From the human T2T-CHM13v2.0 reference genome, Homo sapiens, in assembly GCF_009914755.1 (NCBI RefSeq), contig NC_060940.1: DNA of 64,000 nucleotides; one strand, written 5' to 3'. The first letter of the stretch is position 1. Each line of letters starts with the position of its first letter. The position numbers were made by a program, and so were the translations under genes. This document shows, in pieces, positions 34,496-48,757 of the stretch. The notes beneath the pieces are model-generated. The model saw only the letters and a list, made by a program, of their open reading frames with translations, was not told the DNA's origin and did no database searches.

Positions 34496-35510
34496 GGTTC
34501 CTTGCTTTCTTAGAGTCTCTATCATTATAAAAATTCTCCTCATCTATGTTAAAAACATGTTCATTATCTGGTTTGTTATTTTCACAGTCTAATTTATTTT
34601 CATTTAAATAAAGCTTAGAAGATTCCTGGCAAACATGTACCAAAAACCCAGAACATGAATGAGATATACACACATTTTTGAGACTGGGTTCCATGTGTTC
34701 AACAAAATGCCTGGAAGGCTACAAAGACAGACACTCCAGATGCATCTTTTTCCCTCACAAGTATATTATTTGTCCAATTGGAAGGAATTTCCTTTATGTT
34801 TGTTTCTCCTTTTGAGCTATCATGGAGTGGCTTCAGAAAAAGCAGTAATTTGTATTTTTCACAGATTTCACCAAACCTCTGATTTAACTCATTTGTGAGA
34901 AGTTTTAATTTATTTTCCCACTCTAATTTGCCTCATTTAATACACATTTCCTCAGACTTTTACACAAAACAGTCCTGAATATACAGACATATCCTCTCTA
35001 TCCAATCCTTATTTTATTCTTGTTCTTGAGATATTTTTGGCAGATGCAAAAGGGGAAGATTAATTTGCTTGTTTTGTTTCTCAGAAGTTATCTTTGTCAG
35101 AGTGCATGTTTTTGTTTTTATTTATTTTTTTATCATACATATAATTTGGTTTATTTTCATGAATATCTTTCTAAGGCAATGGGTAATTTCTCCAAGGTCA
35201 TAATTAATGATTACATACAATTTCGCTCATATACTCTATTTTATCGGACTATCATTTACTTAGTTGCCTACTATTGGGCATGCTATTGTTTCTAACATTT
35301 CATTATTATTAATAGCACAAAGCAAAAATGAATTGTAAAAATTGGTTGTAAATAAAAATGAAATGCATTTTGAATTGTAAAACAAAAAACAAAACCTTCC
35401 AACATTTAAACACAGACAAAATAGACTCAGAACAATTTTGAAAAAATTCCCCCAGGTGCACCAGTTACCAACACCATCTGCTATACATATTCATTTTCAA
35501 ACAATTAATT

Positions 35511-35793
35511 GTCATGGTCTCACTCTGTTGCATAAGTTAAGAGTGCAGTGGTGCAAACGTGGCTCATTGCAGCCTCAACCTCCTGGGCTCAAGTGATCCT
35601 CTCATCTCAGCCTCCCATATAGCTGGAAACACATGCACATACTACCATGCTTAGCTAATTTTTTTAAAAAATTTTGTAGAGATGGGGCATCACCATGCTG
35701 CCTAGGCTGGTCTTGAACTCCTGGGCTGAAGCAATCCTCCCACCTCAGCCTCCCAAAATACTAAGATTACAGGCATTAGCCACTGTGCCCAGC
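35511..35793 (-). mobile_element. AluJ forming the 5' end of a larger TSD-bounded insertion (35114-35793)
   Basis: J diagnostics (gcagcctcaacctcctgggctcaagtgatcct; ctcctgggctgaagcaatcctcccacc). Confidence 0.9.
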
Positions 35794-36958
35794 AGGGAGC
35801 ATGTTTTTAAAATAACTTTATTCTCAATAAAGTATAAAGAAAAAAATTTAATTAAAATTAAAATTTAATTGTTAAACTTCTTCATGTATGTTTAGCTTCT
35901 CCCAAATCACAGGGAGAAGTAAAAAGTAATTTGCCTTAGCTAAAACTACAAGAAAAAAACAAACCAGCAAACTTAACTTTGGCACTGTTGTTTGGACTAA
36001 ATTCATTTTGTGTTATATCTACCAAAACATGAATTAGCAGATGGTTAGTAGTGTTACAAAAGTGTCCTCACTTGAAAAGATTTTACCTCAGCATACACTA
36101 ATTAGTGAGCACATGCGGTGCATTTAAGTACTTTTTCTAAAGATTACTAACTGGACTGTAGGCAAACTTTGTTAGAAGCCAAAATCAATACAAATCAGAA
36201 AGAAAAGCAAATTCTCAAATTATAATTCAAATTATATTCTGTAATATGACACTCTGATGTATCCGGTTAAGTCTGCTTAAGTCCAGTTCTAATATATTCT
36301 AATATCCACCAATGATGATGGATTAAAAATTTTATACTATTTACTGACTTCCTGCATTGAAATAAGTTAGAAAGTTATTGTTCATATCCTAATACCAAAG
36401 GTCCCATTCTGCAGAGTATGGTTCTCTTAATAAACAGTTAGGTTGATTTTATGACCCAGGTTTCTTCCTAAACATGACCTGAAGTCAATGAGAGACCGTG
36501 AGGCAGAATACATCTTTAACCTTGGCATTAGTGACTGGCAATATAAAACTGCACATTTTGAACCACTGGCCATCATGACTCCTTTAACATGAATCCAACT
36601 CAATGGCCATCACCCTTAAATTGTTCATAACTTCTGTTGCTCAATAATATGATTTAATAATTCATGTTACTTTCTTCATCATGCAAACATGTTAATAGAG
36701 ATGAAAGAGTAAAGAAAATTTTGAAAATGTTTTCTCTCTATTCCAAGGGTAAAGATGAGCTATAAGTTACTATAGATTTTAAAAATCTTTTAAGTTTTAT
36801 AGCTAGTTAAATGTATTTAAAATTCAATACTAAATAGTAAATTAGAATCTATTGTTATCAAAGGCTAATCTGAAAGGTAATTTCATTTGGACTACCCTAC
36901 ATTATTAAAGCAAAGAACATAATAGTCAACAAGAAATTTAAATGAAATTGTTGTATAC

Positions 36959-37032
36959 TTGTAGCTCGTTGTTTTCACTTTCTTCAAGTCTTTCTTGCTC
37001 TTCCTCTGATATCACTGCTAAGACTTGTTCTG
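36959..37032 (-). pseudogene. ANKRD26-like exon, 74 bp (AEQVLAVISEEEQERLEESENNELQ)
   Basis: tttttcag|CAGAA...CAA|gtatac; phase 1 to 0; SEEEQER motif of the ANKRD26/POTE family. Confidence 0.85.
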
Positions 37033-37349
37033 CTGAAAAAATTATACATTTAGTTAAAATGAACTACTCACAACAGGTAGATTAAACTATAGTCTTTATG
37101 AAAACAGATTAAAACTAATATTTCATTTTATTCTATAAGTTGTGAATTTAAAGGAAGCTTAATCTTTAGCAGGATATTTACTTCTTTAATAAATACTCCT
37201 AAGTCTTAAAACTTCAAGAAACCACCTGGGGAGACACTAGATGTCACCAGGTTGAAGATAAACACACATGTCAAACATTCACTCACAAATGTATCTACCA
37301 AACATAAATAAAGAAAATCATCACAAAGAAAATAAAATTTTAAAATGTG

Positions 37350-40300
37350 AGCCCTGGGGCCTTAAGTGAACATTGGTGATACCCCGGCAGGACTCCTCCT
37401 AGGTCTGTGGTGGTGGTGCACATGGGAAGATATTCCTCTGCCTGGGGAAATGGGAGGGAAGAGTGGAAAGGACTTTGTCTTGTGGTTTCAGTGCCAGCTT
37501 AACTGCAGTAGAATACAGCACCAGGTAGATTTCTAAGGTTTCCAACTTCAGGCCCTGGCTCCCGGACAGTATCTGTGGCCCCACCTGGGGCCTGAAGGGA
37601 CTCTCACTACCCTGAATGGAAGGACATAAGACTGGCTGACTTCACCACCAGCTGATTGGGAGCCCTACAGGCTTGAGCAGTCTGATGCAGTGAAATCCCA
37701 GTGGTGGTGGACACAGAGGTGCTTATATAAATCCTCCCCCAGCCCCAGGCAGCACAGAGACAGACTCCATTTGTTTAGGAGATAGTAAGGGAAGAGAACG
37801 AGAGTTTATGTCTGGTAATTCAGAGACTTCTTCCAGCTCTTATTGAACAACCACCAAAAGCATGTCTCTATGAGGCTGCAAACATGACAGAATTACTGGG
37901 CTTAGGTTCCCTGACCCCTAATGCAGATATGGGTGCAGTGACCAAAAGCATAGACACTATACCCAAGTCCCTTTTAGTACTTGGAAAGCCTTCTCAAGAA
38001 GAATGAGTACAAACAAGTCCAGATTGTGAAGATTACAATAAACACAAAGCTCTTCAATGCCCAGACACAGACAATCATCCACAAACATAAAGACCATCCA
38101 GGAAAACATGACCTCACCAAGTGAACTAAATAAGGCACCAGGGGCCAATTCTAGAGAGACAGAGATATATGACCTTTCAGACAGGTAATTCAAAACAGCT
38201 GTGTTGAGGAAACTCAAAAACATTCAAGATAAGACAAAGAAAAAAATTCCAGAACTCTATCAGATAAATTTAGCAAAGAGATTGAAATAATTAAAAAGAA
38301 TCAAGAAGAAATTCTGAAGGTGAAAAATGCAATTGATGTACTGAAGGATGCATGAGTCCCTTAATAGCAGAACTGATCAAGTAGAAGACAGAACCAGTGA
38401 GCCTGAAGATAGGCTACTTGAGAAAACACAGTCAGAAGATACAAAAGAAAAAGGTATAGAAAAGAATGAAGCATGCCTACAAGATCTAGAAAATAGCCTA
38501 ATAAAGCAATTCCAAGAGTTAATGGCCTTAGAGAGGAGGAAGTGAGATAGATGGGAGAAGAAAGTTTATTCAAAGAAATACAAAGTTCTTCCTAAACTTC
38601 AAGAAATATATCAATATTCAAGTCCAAGAAGGTTAGAGAAAACCAAGCAGATTTAACCCAAAGAAGGCTACTTCAAGGAACTTAATAATCAAACTTACAA
38701 TGATCAAAAATAAAGAAAGGGTCATTTATCCCTGCATCAAGCAAAGAGAAACAAATAACATACGATGGAGCTGCAATACAACTGGAAGTAGACTTTTTGG
38801 TGGAAAGCTTACAGGCCAGGAGAGAGTGGCATGACATATTATGACACATATTTAAAGTGCTGAAGGAAAAACACTTTTATCTTAGAATAGTATATCCAGT
38901 ACAAATGTCTTTTAAATATGAAGGAGAAATAAAGATTTTCCCAAACAAAGGCTGAGAAATTTAATCAATACCAGACCTGTCCCACAAGGAATGCTAAAGA
39001 GAGTTCTTCAATCTGAAACAAAAGAATGTTAATGAGCAATAAGAAACAACCTGAAATCAATGAATCTTACAAAACTCACTGATAATAGTAAGTACACAGA
39101 CAAACATAGAATATCACAACACTTTAATTAGGGTATGTAAACTACTCCTATCTTAAGTAGGTTTGAAATCCTCATAGTAACCTTAAATCTAAAAACATAC
39201 AATGGATACACACACACACAAGCAGGAAATTAAAACATACCAACAGAGAAAATCACCTTTACTAAAAGGAAGACAAGAAGGAAGAGAAGACTACAGAATG
39301 ATTAGAAAATAAATTACAAACTAACAGGTGTAAGTCCTCACTTATCAATAACAACATTGAATATAAATAACTAAACTCTCCAATCAAAATACATAAATAG
39401 AATGAATGAATTAAAAATAAACAAGACCCAATGATCTTTTGCCTACACATAGACTGAAAATAAAAACATGACATATGATATTCCCTGCCAATGAAAACTA
39501 AAAAAGAGAATCAGTAGATATATACTTATATCAGACAAAATAGACTTCAAGAAAAAAACTGCAAGAGACAAAAAAGGGAACTGTATCATGATAAAGGGGT
39601 CATTTTAGCAAAAGGATATAACAATTTTAAATATATATGCACCCAACACTGGAAAACCTAGATAAATAAAGCAAATGTTACTAGAGCTAAAGAGAGACAG
39701 AGAACACACCCTCAATACAATATTAGCTGAAGGCTTCAATACCCCACTTTCAGAATTTCACAGATCATCCAGATAGAAAATCAACAAAGAAACATCAGAC
39801 TTAATCTGCCCTATAGGCCAAGTGGACCAAATAAATGTTTACAGAACATTTCATCCAACGGCTGCAAAATACACATTCTTCTTCTCAGTACGTGGATCAT
39901 TCTCAAGAACAGGCCATATGTTAGGCCAAAAAACAAGTCTTAAAACCCTCAAAAAATAGAAACTATCAAGTATCTTGTGGGACCACAATGGACTCAAACT
40001 AAAAATCAATAACAAGAGGAATTGTGGAAACTACACAAGCACATGGAAATTAAATAACATGCTGCTGAATAACCTGTGAGTCAATGAAGAGATTAAGAAA
40101 ATAAATTGAAACTTTTTCTTAATAATGGAACAAGAACCAAAACCTATATGATACTGTGAAAGCAGTGCTAACAGAGATGAGTACAGCTATGAGTGCCTGC
40201 ATCAAAAAGGAGACAAAACATTAAGTAAACAACCTAACGTTGCATCTTAAAGAATTAGAAAAGCAAGATCAAACCAAACCCAAAGGTAGCAGAAGAAAAG

Positions 40301-43300
40301 AAATAACAAAGATCAGAACAGAAATAAATGAAATTAAAGCAAACAAAACAATACAAAAATCAACATAACAAAAACTTGATTTTTTGAAAAGTTACATAAA
40401 ATTGACAAACCTTTAGTCAGACTAAGAAAAAAGAGAGAAGACCCAAATAAATAAAATCAGAGATGAAAAAATAGTCATTCAAAAACAAGCAATCGGGAAA
40501 GGATTTCCTATTTAATAAAAGGTGCTAGGAAAACTGGCTAACCATATGCAGAAAACTGAAACTGGACCCCTTTCCTTACCTTATACAAAAGTCAACTGAA
40601 GATGGATTAAACACTTAAATGTAAAACCCAAAACCATAAAAACCCTAGAAGAAAATCCAGGCAATACCATTCAGAAAGTAGGTATGGGCAAGAATTTTAT
40701 GACGAAATCACCAAAAGCAATTGCAACAAAAGCTAAAATTGACAAATGGGATCTAATTAAACTAAAGAGCTTCTGCACAGCAAAAGAAACTATCATCAGA
40801 GTGAACAGGCAACCTACAGAATGGGAGAAAATTTTTGCAATCTACCCATCTGACAAAGGTCTAATATCCAGAATTTACACGGAACTTAAACAAACTTACA
40901 AGAAAAAAAAAAAACCATCAAAAAGTAGGCAAAGAACATGAACACACACTTCTCAAAAGAAGACATTTATGCAGCCAACAAACATATGAAACAAAAGCTC
41001 AACATCACTGATCATTAGAGAAATGCAAATCAAAACCACAATGAGATACCATCTCATGCCAGTCAGAATGGCGATTATTAAAAAGTCAAGAAACAACAGA
41101 TGCTGGCAAGGCTGTGGAGAAATAGGAACACTTTTACACTGTTGGTAGGAATGTAAATTAGTTCAGCCCTTGTGGAAGACAGTGTGGCGATTCCTCAACG
41201 ATCTAGAACCAGAAATACCACTTGACCCAGCAATCCCATTACTGGGTATATACTCAAAGGAATATAAATCATTCTTTTATAGAGCTACATGCACATTTAT
41301 GTTTATTGCAGCATTATTCACAATAGCAAAGACATGAAACCTACCCAAATGCCCATCAATGATAGACTGGATAAAGAAAATGTGGTATATATATGCCATG
41401 AAATATTATGCAGCCAGAAAAAGGAATGAGATCGTGTCCTTTGCAGGGACATGGATGAAGCTGGAAGCCATCATCCTCAGCAAACTAACACAGACACAGA
41501 AAACCAGATATCTCATGTTCTCACTCATAAGTGGGAGTTAAACAATGAGAACACATGGACACAGGGAGGGGAATAACACACACTGGGGCCTCTCAGCAGG
41601 AGGATGGGAGGGAGTGCATCAGGACAAATGGCTAATGCATGCAGGGCTTAATACTTAGGTGACAGCTTGATAGGTGCAGCAAGCCACTGTGTCACACATT
41701 TACCTATGTAACAAACCTGCACATTCTCCACATATATCCCAGAACTTAAAGTAAAATTAAAAAAAAATAAAGGAAAAGCAGTCATTACAACTGATTCTGT
41801 AGAAATTCAAAGATTGTTAGAGGCTACTGTGAAAAACTATATGCCGATAAATTGGAAAACCTATAATAAATGATTAAATCTCTAGACACACATGACCCAC
41901 TGAGATTAAACCATGAATAAATCCAAAACCTGAACAGACTAAGAATAAATAATGAGATTGAAGCCAGCAAAGTTTAGGGGACCCAGCGAAGTCTCCCAGC
42001 AAAGCCTAGGACCTGATGGCTTCACTGCTAAATTTTACCAAATATTTGAAGAAGAAGTAATACCAATGCTACTCAAACTATTCTGAAAGACAGAAGAGAA
42101 GGGAATAATTCCAAACTCATTATACAATGCCAGTATTACCCTGATACCAAAATGAGACAAAGACACATCAAAAAAAGAAAACTACACATCAATATCTCTG
42201 ATAAACATTGATGCAAAAAATCCTCAACCAATACTAGCAAAACAAATTCAACAACACATTTCAAAAATTATTCTTCATAACCATGTAAAATGTATCTCAG
42301 GAATGAAAAGATGATTCAATATATGCAAATTAATCAATGTGATATAGCATATCAATAGAATGAAGAATAACAATCATATGATCATTTCAACTGATACAAA
42401 AAAAAAGCATTGGGTAAAAATGCAATATCCCCTTATAATAAAAACCCTCAAAAAACTGGGTATAGAAAGAACATACCTCAACACAACAAAAGTCATATAC
42501 AACAGACCCATAGCTAGTATCATAATGGGGAAATCCTGAAAGTCTTTCCTCTAAGATCTGGAACATGACAAGAATGTCCACTGTCACCAATGTTATTCAA
42601 CATAGTACTGGAAGTTCTAGCTAGAGCAACTAGACAAAAGATAGAAATGAAGAACATCTAAATAGGAAAGGAAGAAGTCAAATGATATAATAATATAATC
42701 TTATGTTTGGAAAACCTAAACACTTCATTAAAAAACTATTAGAAATGATAAATTCAATAAAGTGGCCGGATGCAAAGTCAACATACAAAAATCAGTAGCA
42801 TTTTTAGATGCCAAAAGTGAACAATCTGAAAATAAAATCAAGGAAGTAATCTATCTCATTTACAAGAGCTAAAAATAAAATTAAATACCTAAAAATTAAC
42901 ATAATCAAAGAAGTGCAAGATCTCTACAATGAAAACTGTAAGTCTTTGGTGAAAGAAAATGAACAGGACACCAAATAATGAAAAGATATTTCATTTTCAT
43001 AAACTGGAAGAATCAGTATTTTTAAAATGTTCATACTACCCGAAGCAATCTACAGATTCAATGCAATCCTTATCAAAATACCAATGACATTCCTCATAGC
43101 AATAGAAAAAAACTGTCCTAAAATGTATATGGAACCACAAAAGACCCAGGATTGCCAAAGCTATCTAGAGCAAAAAGGAAGAAACTGGAGGAATCACATT
43201 ACCTGACTCCAAATTATACTGCAGAGCTATAGTAACCAAAACAGTATGGTACTGGCATAAAAACAGACATATAGACTAACACAACAGAATAAAGAAGCCA

Positions 43301-44790
43301 GAAACAAATCCACATACCTACAGTGAACTCATGTTTGAGTTCATACACTGGGGAAGAAGAACATACACACTAGGGAAAAAGATAGGCTCTTCAATAAATG
43401 GTGCTGGGAAAACTGGATATCCATATGCAGAAAAATGAAACTAGACCTCTATCCCTCACCATATACAAAAAGCAAATCAAAATAGATTAAAGACTTAAAA
43501 CTAAGTGCTCGAGCTATAAAACTACTAGAAGAAAACATTGGGGAAACTCTCCAGGACATCATTGTGGGCAACAATTTTTTGAGTAATATCCTACAAGCAC
43601 AGGCAACAAAAGCAAAAATAGACAAATGGGATCACATCAAGTTAAAATGCTTCTGTACAGCAAAGGATACAATCAACAAAGGGAACAGACAACCCACAGA
43701 ATGGGAGAAAATATTTGCAAGCTACCCATCTGACAAGGGATTAATAACCAGAATACACAAAGAGCCCAAATGACTATATGGGAAAAAATCTAATAATTCA
43801 ACTTAAAAATCGGCAAAAGATCTGAATAGACATTTCTCAAAAGAAGACATACAAATGGCAAACATGCATATGAAAAGTTTCTCAACATCATTGATCATCA
43901 GAGAGATGCAAATCAAAACTATAATGAGATGATGTCATCTCACCCCAGTGATCATGACTTATAGCCAAAAGAAAGGCAATAACAAATGCTGATAAGGATG
44001 TGGAGAAAAGGGAAACCTTGTATGCTGTTGGTGGGGATGTAAATTAGTACAACGACTATGAACAATAGTTTGGAGGTTCCTCAGAGTACTAAAAATAGAG
44101 CTACCACATGATCCAGCCATCTCACTGCTGGGTATATACCCAAAAGAAAGGAAATTAATGTATCAAAGAGATATCTGCACTCCCATGTTTATTGCAGCAC
44201 CATTCACAATAGCCAAGATTTGGAAGCAACCTATGCCTTTCACAACAGACAAATGGATAAAGAAATTGTGCTACATATACACAATAGAGTACTAATCGGC
44301 CATGAAAAACAATTACATCCTGTCATTTGCAACAGCATAGATGGAACTGGTGGTCATTATGCTGACTGAAATAAGCAAGACACAGAAGAACCAACTTTGC
44401 ATATTCTCATTTATTTTTGAAAACTAAAAATTAAAACAATTGAACTAATGGAGATAGAGTATAATAATGATTACCACAGGCTGGGAAGGGTGATGGGGCA
44501 GTGTTGGGGGAGGATGAGGTGATGGTTAATGGGTGCCAAAAAATAGAATGAATAAGATCTAGTATTTGACAGCTCAACAGTGTGACTAAAGTCAATAATA
44601 ACTTAATTGTACATTTAAAAATAACTAAAACAGTATAATTATATTGTTTTTAACACAAAGGATAAATCCTTGAAGTGATGGATATCCTATTTACTGTGAT
44701 ATGATTATGATACATTGTATGCCTGTATCAAAATATCTCATGTACTCCATATCTACACCTACCTTGTACCCAAAAAATTAAAAATTAAAA
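37350..44790 (+). mobile_element. Long old L1 (L1MA1/2-like) from 5'UTR remnant to 3' end
   Basis: Decayed ORF1 and ORF2; 3' end cctgtatcaaaatatctcatgtac...gtacccaaaaaattaaaaatt. Confidence 0.88.
40480..41772 (+). mobile_element. 5'-truncated L1PA (L1PA7/8-like) nested in the older L1
   Basis: ORF2 C-terminus, L1PA 3'UTR and A tail; TSD ending agtcatt (40466-40479 / 41773-41786); the host L1 resumes after it. Confidence 0.9.
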
Positions 44791-45247
44791 ATATACTTAA
44801 AAATTTAGTAGAAACATCCCTACATAGTAATGCAGTATACTATTCTCTGCTTCATGGTAGTACCTTACTGATGATTTCCAAAATGACTGTTTACACTTTT
44901 ATCGATGTGCACCCTGTTCCCAATATCTGAAATGTTTTCCTTTACTATTCTGACAAATTTATTTTCTTCTTTTAAAACAGGTGGCTATGTGAAGTCTTCC
45001 TTGATTCTGGTGATTTTTTTAATTAATATCTTTATTCCCCAGATAACCAGGTGTCTCCTTCCTTGGGGCTGCCTTAGTATTTTATTAATTTTTCTACTGA
45101 ATCTTTACCACCTGAACTGTACATTATTGCTTTACATGAATATCCCCTTTGCTCCTACACAATAGGGGACAACTTGCAAATCATCTTTGTATAAACAGCC
45201 TTTATATATTTTACTCAGCATTATTTATGGAGTCCTGCTATATGTCA

Positions 45248-45538
<291 letters not shown>

Positions 45539-45571
45539 TCAATCGACTTATTCTATGACTACAGTTTTTAC

Positions 45572-45665
45572 CTTCTTCTTGCCCATTTACTACATATTTT
45601 GTCTTACAGTCTGTAGCCCCAGATACCTGACTGCCACCATTCTCTGCGTGATTCTTGGAGATCTT
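45572..45665 (-). pseudogene. ANKRD26-like exon, 94 bp (KISKNHAENGGSQVSGATDCKTKYVVNGQEE)
   Basis: tttttacag|AAG...GAAG|gtaaaa; phase 0 to 1; open. Confidence 0.8.
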
Positions 45666-46411
45666 CTGTAAAAATTAATAATAACAATGAGTTTCAAGAA
45701 GATGAAAAAGAAGTAGTAGTTACATAAAGATTTCCCAAACACTTTCTTTTAAAGAAGGTGTTTTTCATTCAGATAACTTCAAAATAAGAAAAGCATGTGT
45801 TGGGAACCTAAATTATTCAATAGAGAACCTTACATAGATAGGCTGTCTAAATCAAACTTATTTTTTATCTTCACAGGGCTACTGCCTCTGCACACCCAGA
45901 CTAAAAGCCTACAAGAAATATATTCACAGACCAAATAATAACTTACGTGCATATTGCAGCAAGAGACTAACTTCATAATTCCTAACTCCACCCTACATTC
46001 CCAACCAAAAATAAAAGACCATTTAAAATATGACATAACACACTTGGTGTTACACTTAAAGCATTAAATATTTAAATATTTAATACTAAATATTTAAAAG
46101 ATTTCTAGTTACAGAAAATGTAAATGTTAAGACAGCACAATAAGAAACATGTGGCGTACATCATGTTGCGTTTAAACAGAACATGGTAGAAGCTCCTTCA
46201 TTTAGATAAACAAGGGCTTGGAGAAATCTACACAGTCTTTGATATTTTTACTGATAGAAAAAATGGTTGAATACAACCACAAAGCAATGAGAAAACCTTT
46301 AGTTTATGTCTACATATAAGTAAGCAAATATTAGATATAGTAAGCAACACTCTCCCAGTAAAAAAAAACTTCAACAAAGTATATCAAGCCTTAGTATAAA
46401 AAGCAGAACAA

Positions 46412-46709
46412 GGCTGGGCGCGGTGGCTCATGCCTGTAATCTCAGCACTTTGGGAGGCCGTGGCTGGTGGATCACCTGCAGTCTCAAACTCCTGTTGGAG
46501 ACCCACCAGGCCAACATGGCAAAACCCCACCTCTACTAAAAATATAAAAATTAGCTGGGTGTGGTGGCATGCTCCTGTAATCCCAGCTACTCCGAAGGCT
46601 GAGGTAGGAGAAGCCCCTGAACCCGGGAGGCGAAGATTTCAGTGAGCCAATATCACGCCATTGCACTCCAGCCTGGGCGAGAAGAGTGAAACTCCATCTC
46701 AAAAAAAAA
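46412..46709 (+). mobile_element. Alu (AluS-type) with an internal micro-inversion
   Basis: TSD aaaaagcagaacaa (46398-46411 / 46710-46723). Confidence 0.93.
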
Positions 46710-46894
46710 AAAAAGCAGAACAAGAACATTCAGAACATTCATTTGTGAAGCATTTAAAATGTGCCAGGCAACTTAATTTCACATTTTCTTTTCTACACAT
46801 TATACTAATAAAAATAATGATGATGATGAAGATGATGATGGTAACCCCACTTTCTGGTCATTCCAGGATGTTAACAAGAACATGATGAACAGAT

Positions 46895-47230
46895 GAGATC
46901 CACTGTTTCCTCTCTGTCCAGAATGTCCTCCTCCTAGACTTTCCCATGGCTGGCTCCTTTCATCCTTTAGTTGACAGTTTCAATGTCACATGCAGAAACA
47001 TCTCCTCTGACTATAGAACTTTACTGCCACTCCCATCCCCATGCTAACTACAAACCTCTCCAATAATCTCTGTCTTCTCTGTTTTCTTTATAGGAAGCAC
47101 ATTCAACTTATAAGACTGGGTTATTTACTTGTTTTTCTCTTCTTGCTGCTGTAACCTAAGCCCCCATCATCGATATTCAGTCTCTAGTTGCCTAGCAGAG
47201 TTGGTGCTCAACAGCAGAAATTCACTCAAG
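46895..47230 (+). mobile_element. L2 3' fragment
   Basis: ctgtttcctctctgtccagaatgtcct...catggctggctcctt...ttggtgctcaaca resembles the L2 3' end. Confidence 0.55.
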
Positions 47231-48262
47231 GTCAAAACACTTAAATATCCATGGGAATGTCTCAAGCACCAAACCACTAGATTCCTAGAAGAGTTCTCTA
47301 GTAATAGTTTGCTGAAACTCCATGTTCCCCAAACTAGAAATCCACATGCCCACTCTGACTTTCCCAAACTTTTCTTGATGCTATTGTCATTTTATTGTCC
47401 TCTGAGTTTACATGAAGCATCCTCAATACTTATTGAGCCACCGAATACCCCTGTGGATCACTTTATTATACATTAGTGTACACACTTTCAAGTTTACAAA
47501 ATGCTTTCCAATTTTTTAGCACATTTGTTCATTACACATGCCTAAGAGGTACATACTAGTACCCTTTTTATGAAGGGCATCACTCGACATTCAAATAGGT
47601 TAAATAATTTTTACCAGAAATTCATAGCTAGTAAGTAAAAGCACCAGGATAACAACATGTCTTTTGACCAACTTGGTGCTGGTATCACAATACAGCTACT
47701 GCTTCTAAGAAGCCAGGCCCCTTCATCTCTTTCTACTGTTGTCACCTTAGAATAGTCTTCATTTACCATAAAGGTACTCAATGTTTTCTTTTTTAAAATA
47801 TGATTTCTACTTAATAAAACACCACTAAACCAAAATACTGTGTTTATAGCTTCACTTATTTACAACTCCCCATGCTTTTGCTTCTTCTGAAATTTTTTTG
47901 CAGATCTATACTAGTCAATCCAAACACGGTAGTATTTTAAGTCCCAGGCATTGTCTTTTCAGGTTTCAAGTTGTACAAAACTACAGTCCAAACTCTTTCT
48001 CTCTGAATCTCGTTAGCACTTTTACACATCCAGGTAGAACACAGAATCATGCATTCAGCCATATATCGACATGGAACAATTTTTTAGTTTCTAGATAAAC
48101 TTAACTTTAGAGCCCAAACTGATTCCTTGTGACTTCTAACCCTGATATTTTTTGCGCTATATGACACTGGCTTTTTACACGAATCCTCCAAATTAACAGA
48201 ATTGTACTATGCAGCAGTGATATACTTTGTACATAACTACTGTACTAATTATGGGCTGATAA

Positions 48263-48567
<305 letters not shown>

Positions 48568-48695
48568 AGAAAATAATTATTTATGGGCATATGCAGAGGT
48601 GCAAAAGTGAAGTGAAAGCATTCTCTTTTATGTTGTAATATCACTGAATGCTTATTTTCTAAAATAATAACTGCAGCAATAACAATATATAATAC

Positions 48696-48757
48696 CTTGC
48701 TGTCCAAATGTGATTGCATGTCTTCCTTTTGTCCTGATTTTACTGTGAATGGCATAT
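48696..48757 (-). pseudogene. ANKRD26-like exon, 62 bp (DMPFTVKSGQKEDMQSHLDSK)
   Basis: ttttatag|ATATGCCA...AAG|gtatta; phase 1 to 0; similar to ANKRD26 DMMSALGLGQEEDIESPWDSE. Confidence 0.82.

Larger units (their letters stand above)
33881..35822 (-). pseudogene. Large CCDC144/ANKRD26-long-isoform-like exon, disrupted by three insertions and frameshifts
   Basis: Removing the inserts gives [25 protein letters not shown]...[13 protein letters not shown]...KKARDPEVV...QQDMQRFKNEV across several frames. Confidence 0.8.

Noticed and set aside
46817-46841. (ATG)n run giving poly-Met in ORF 46661-46885
   Set aside because: Short microsatellite in an ORF that starts inside an Alu.
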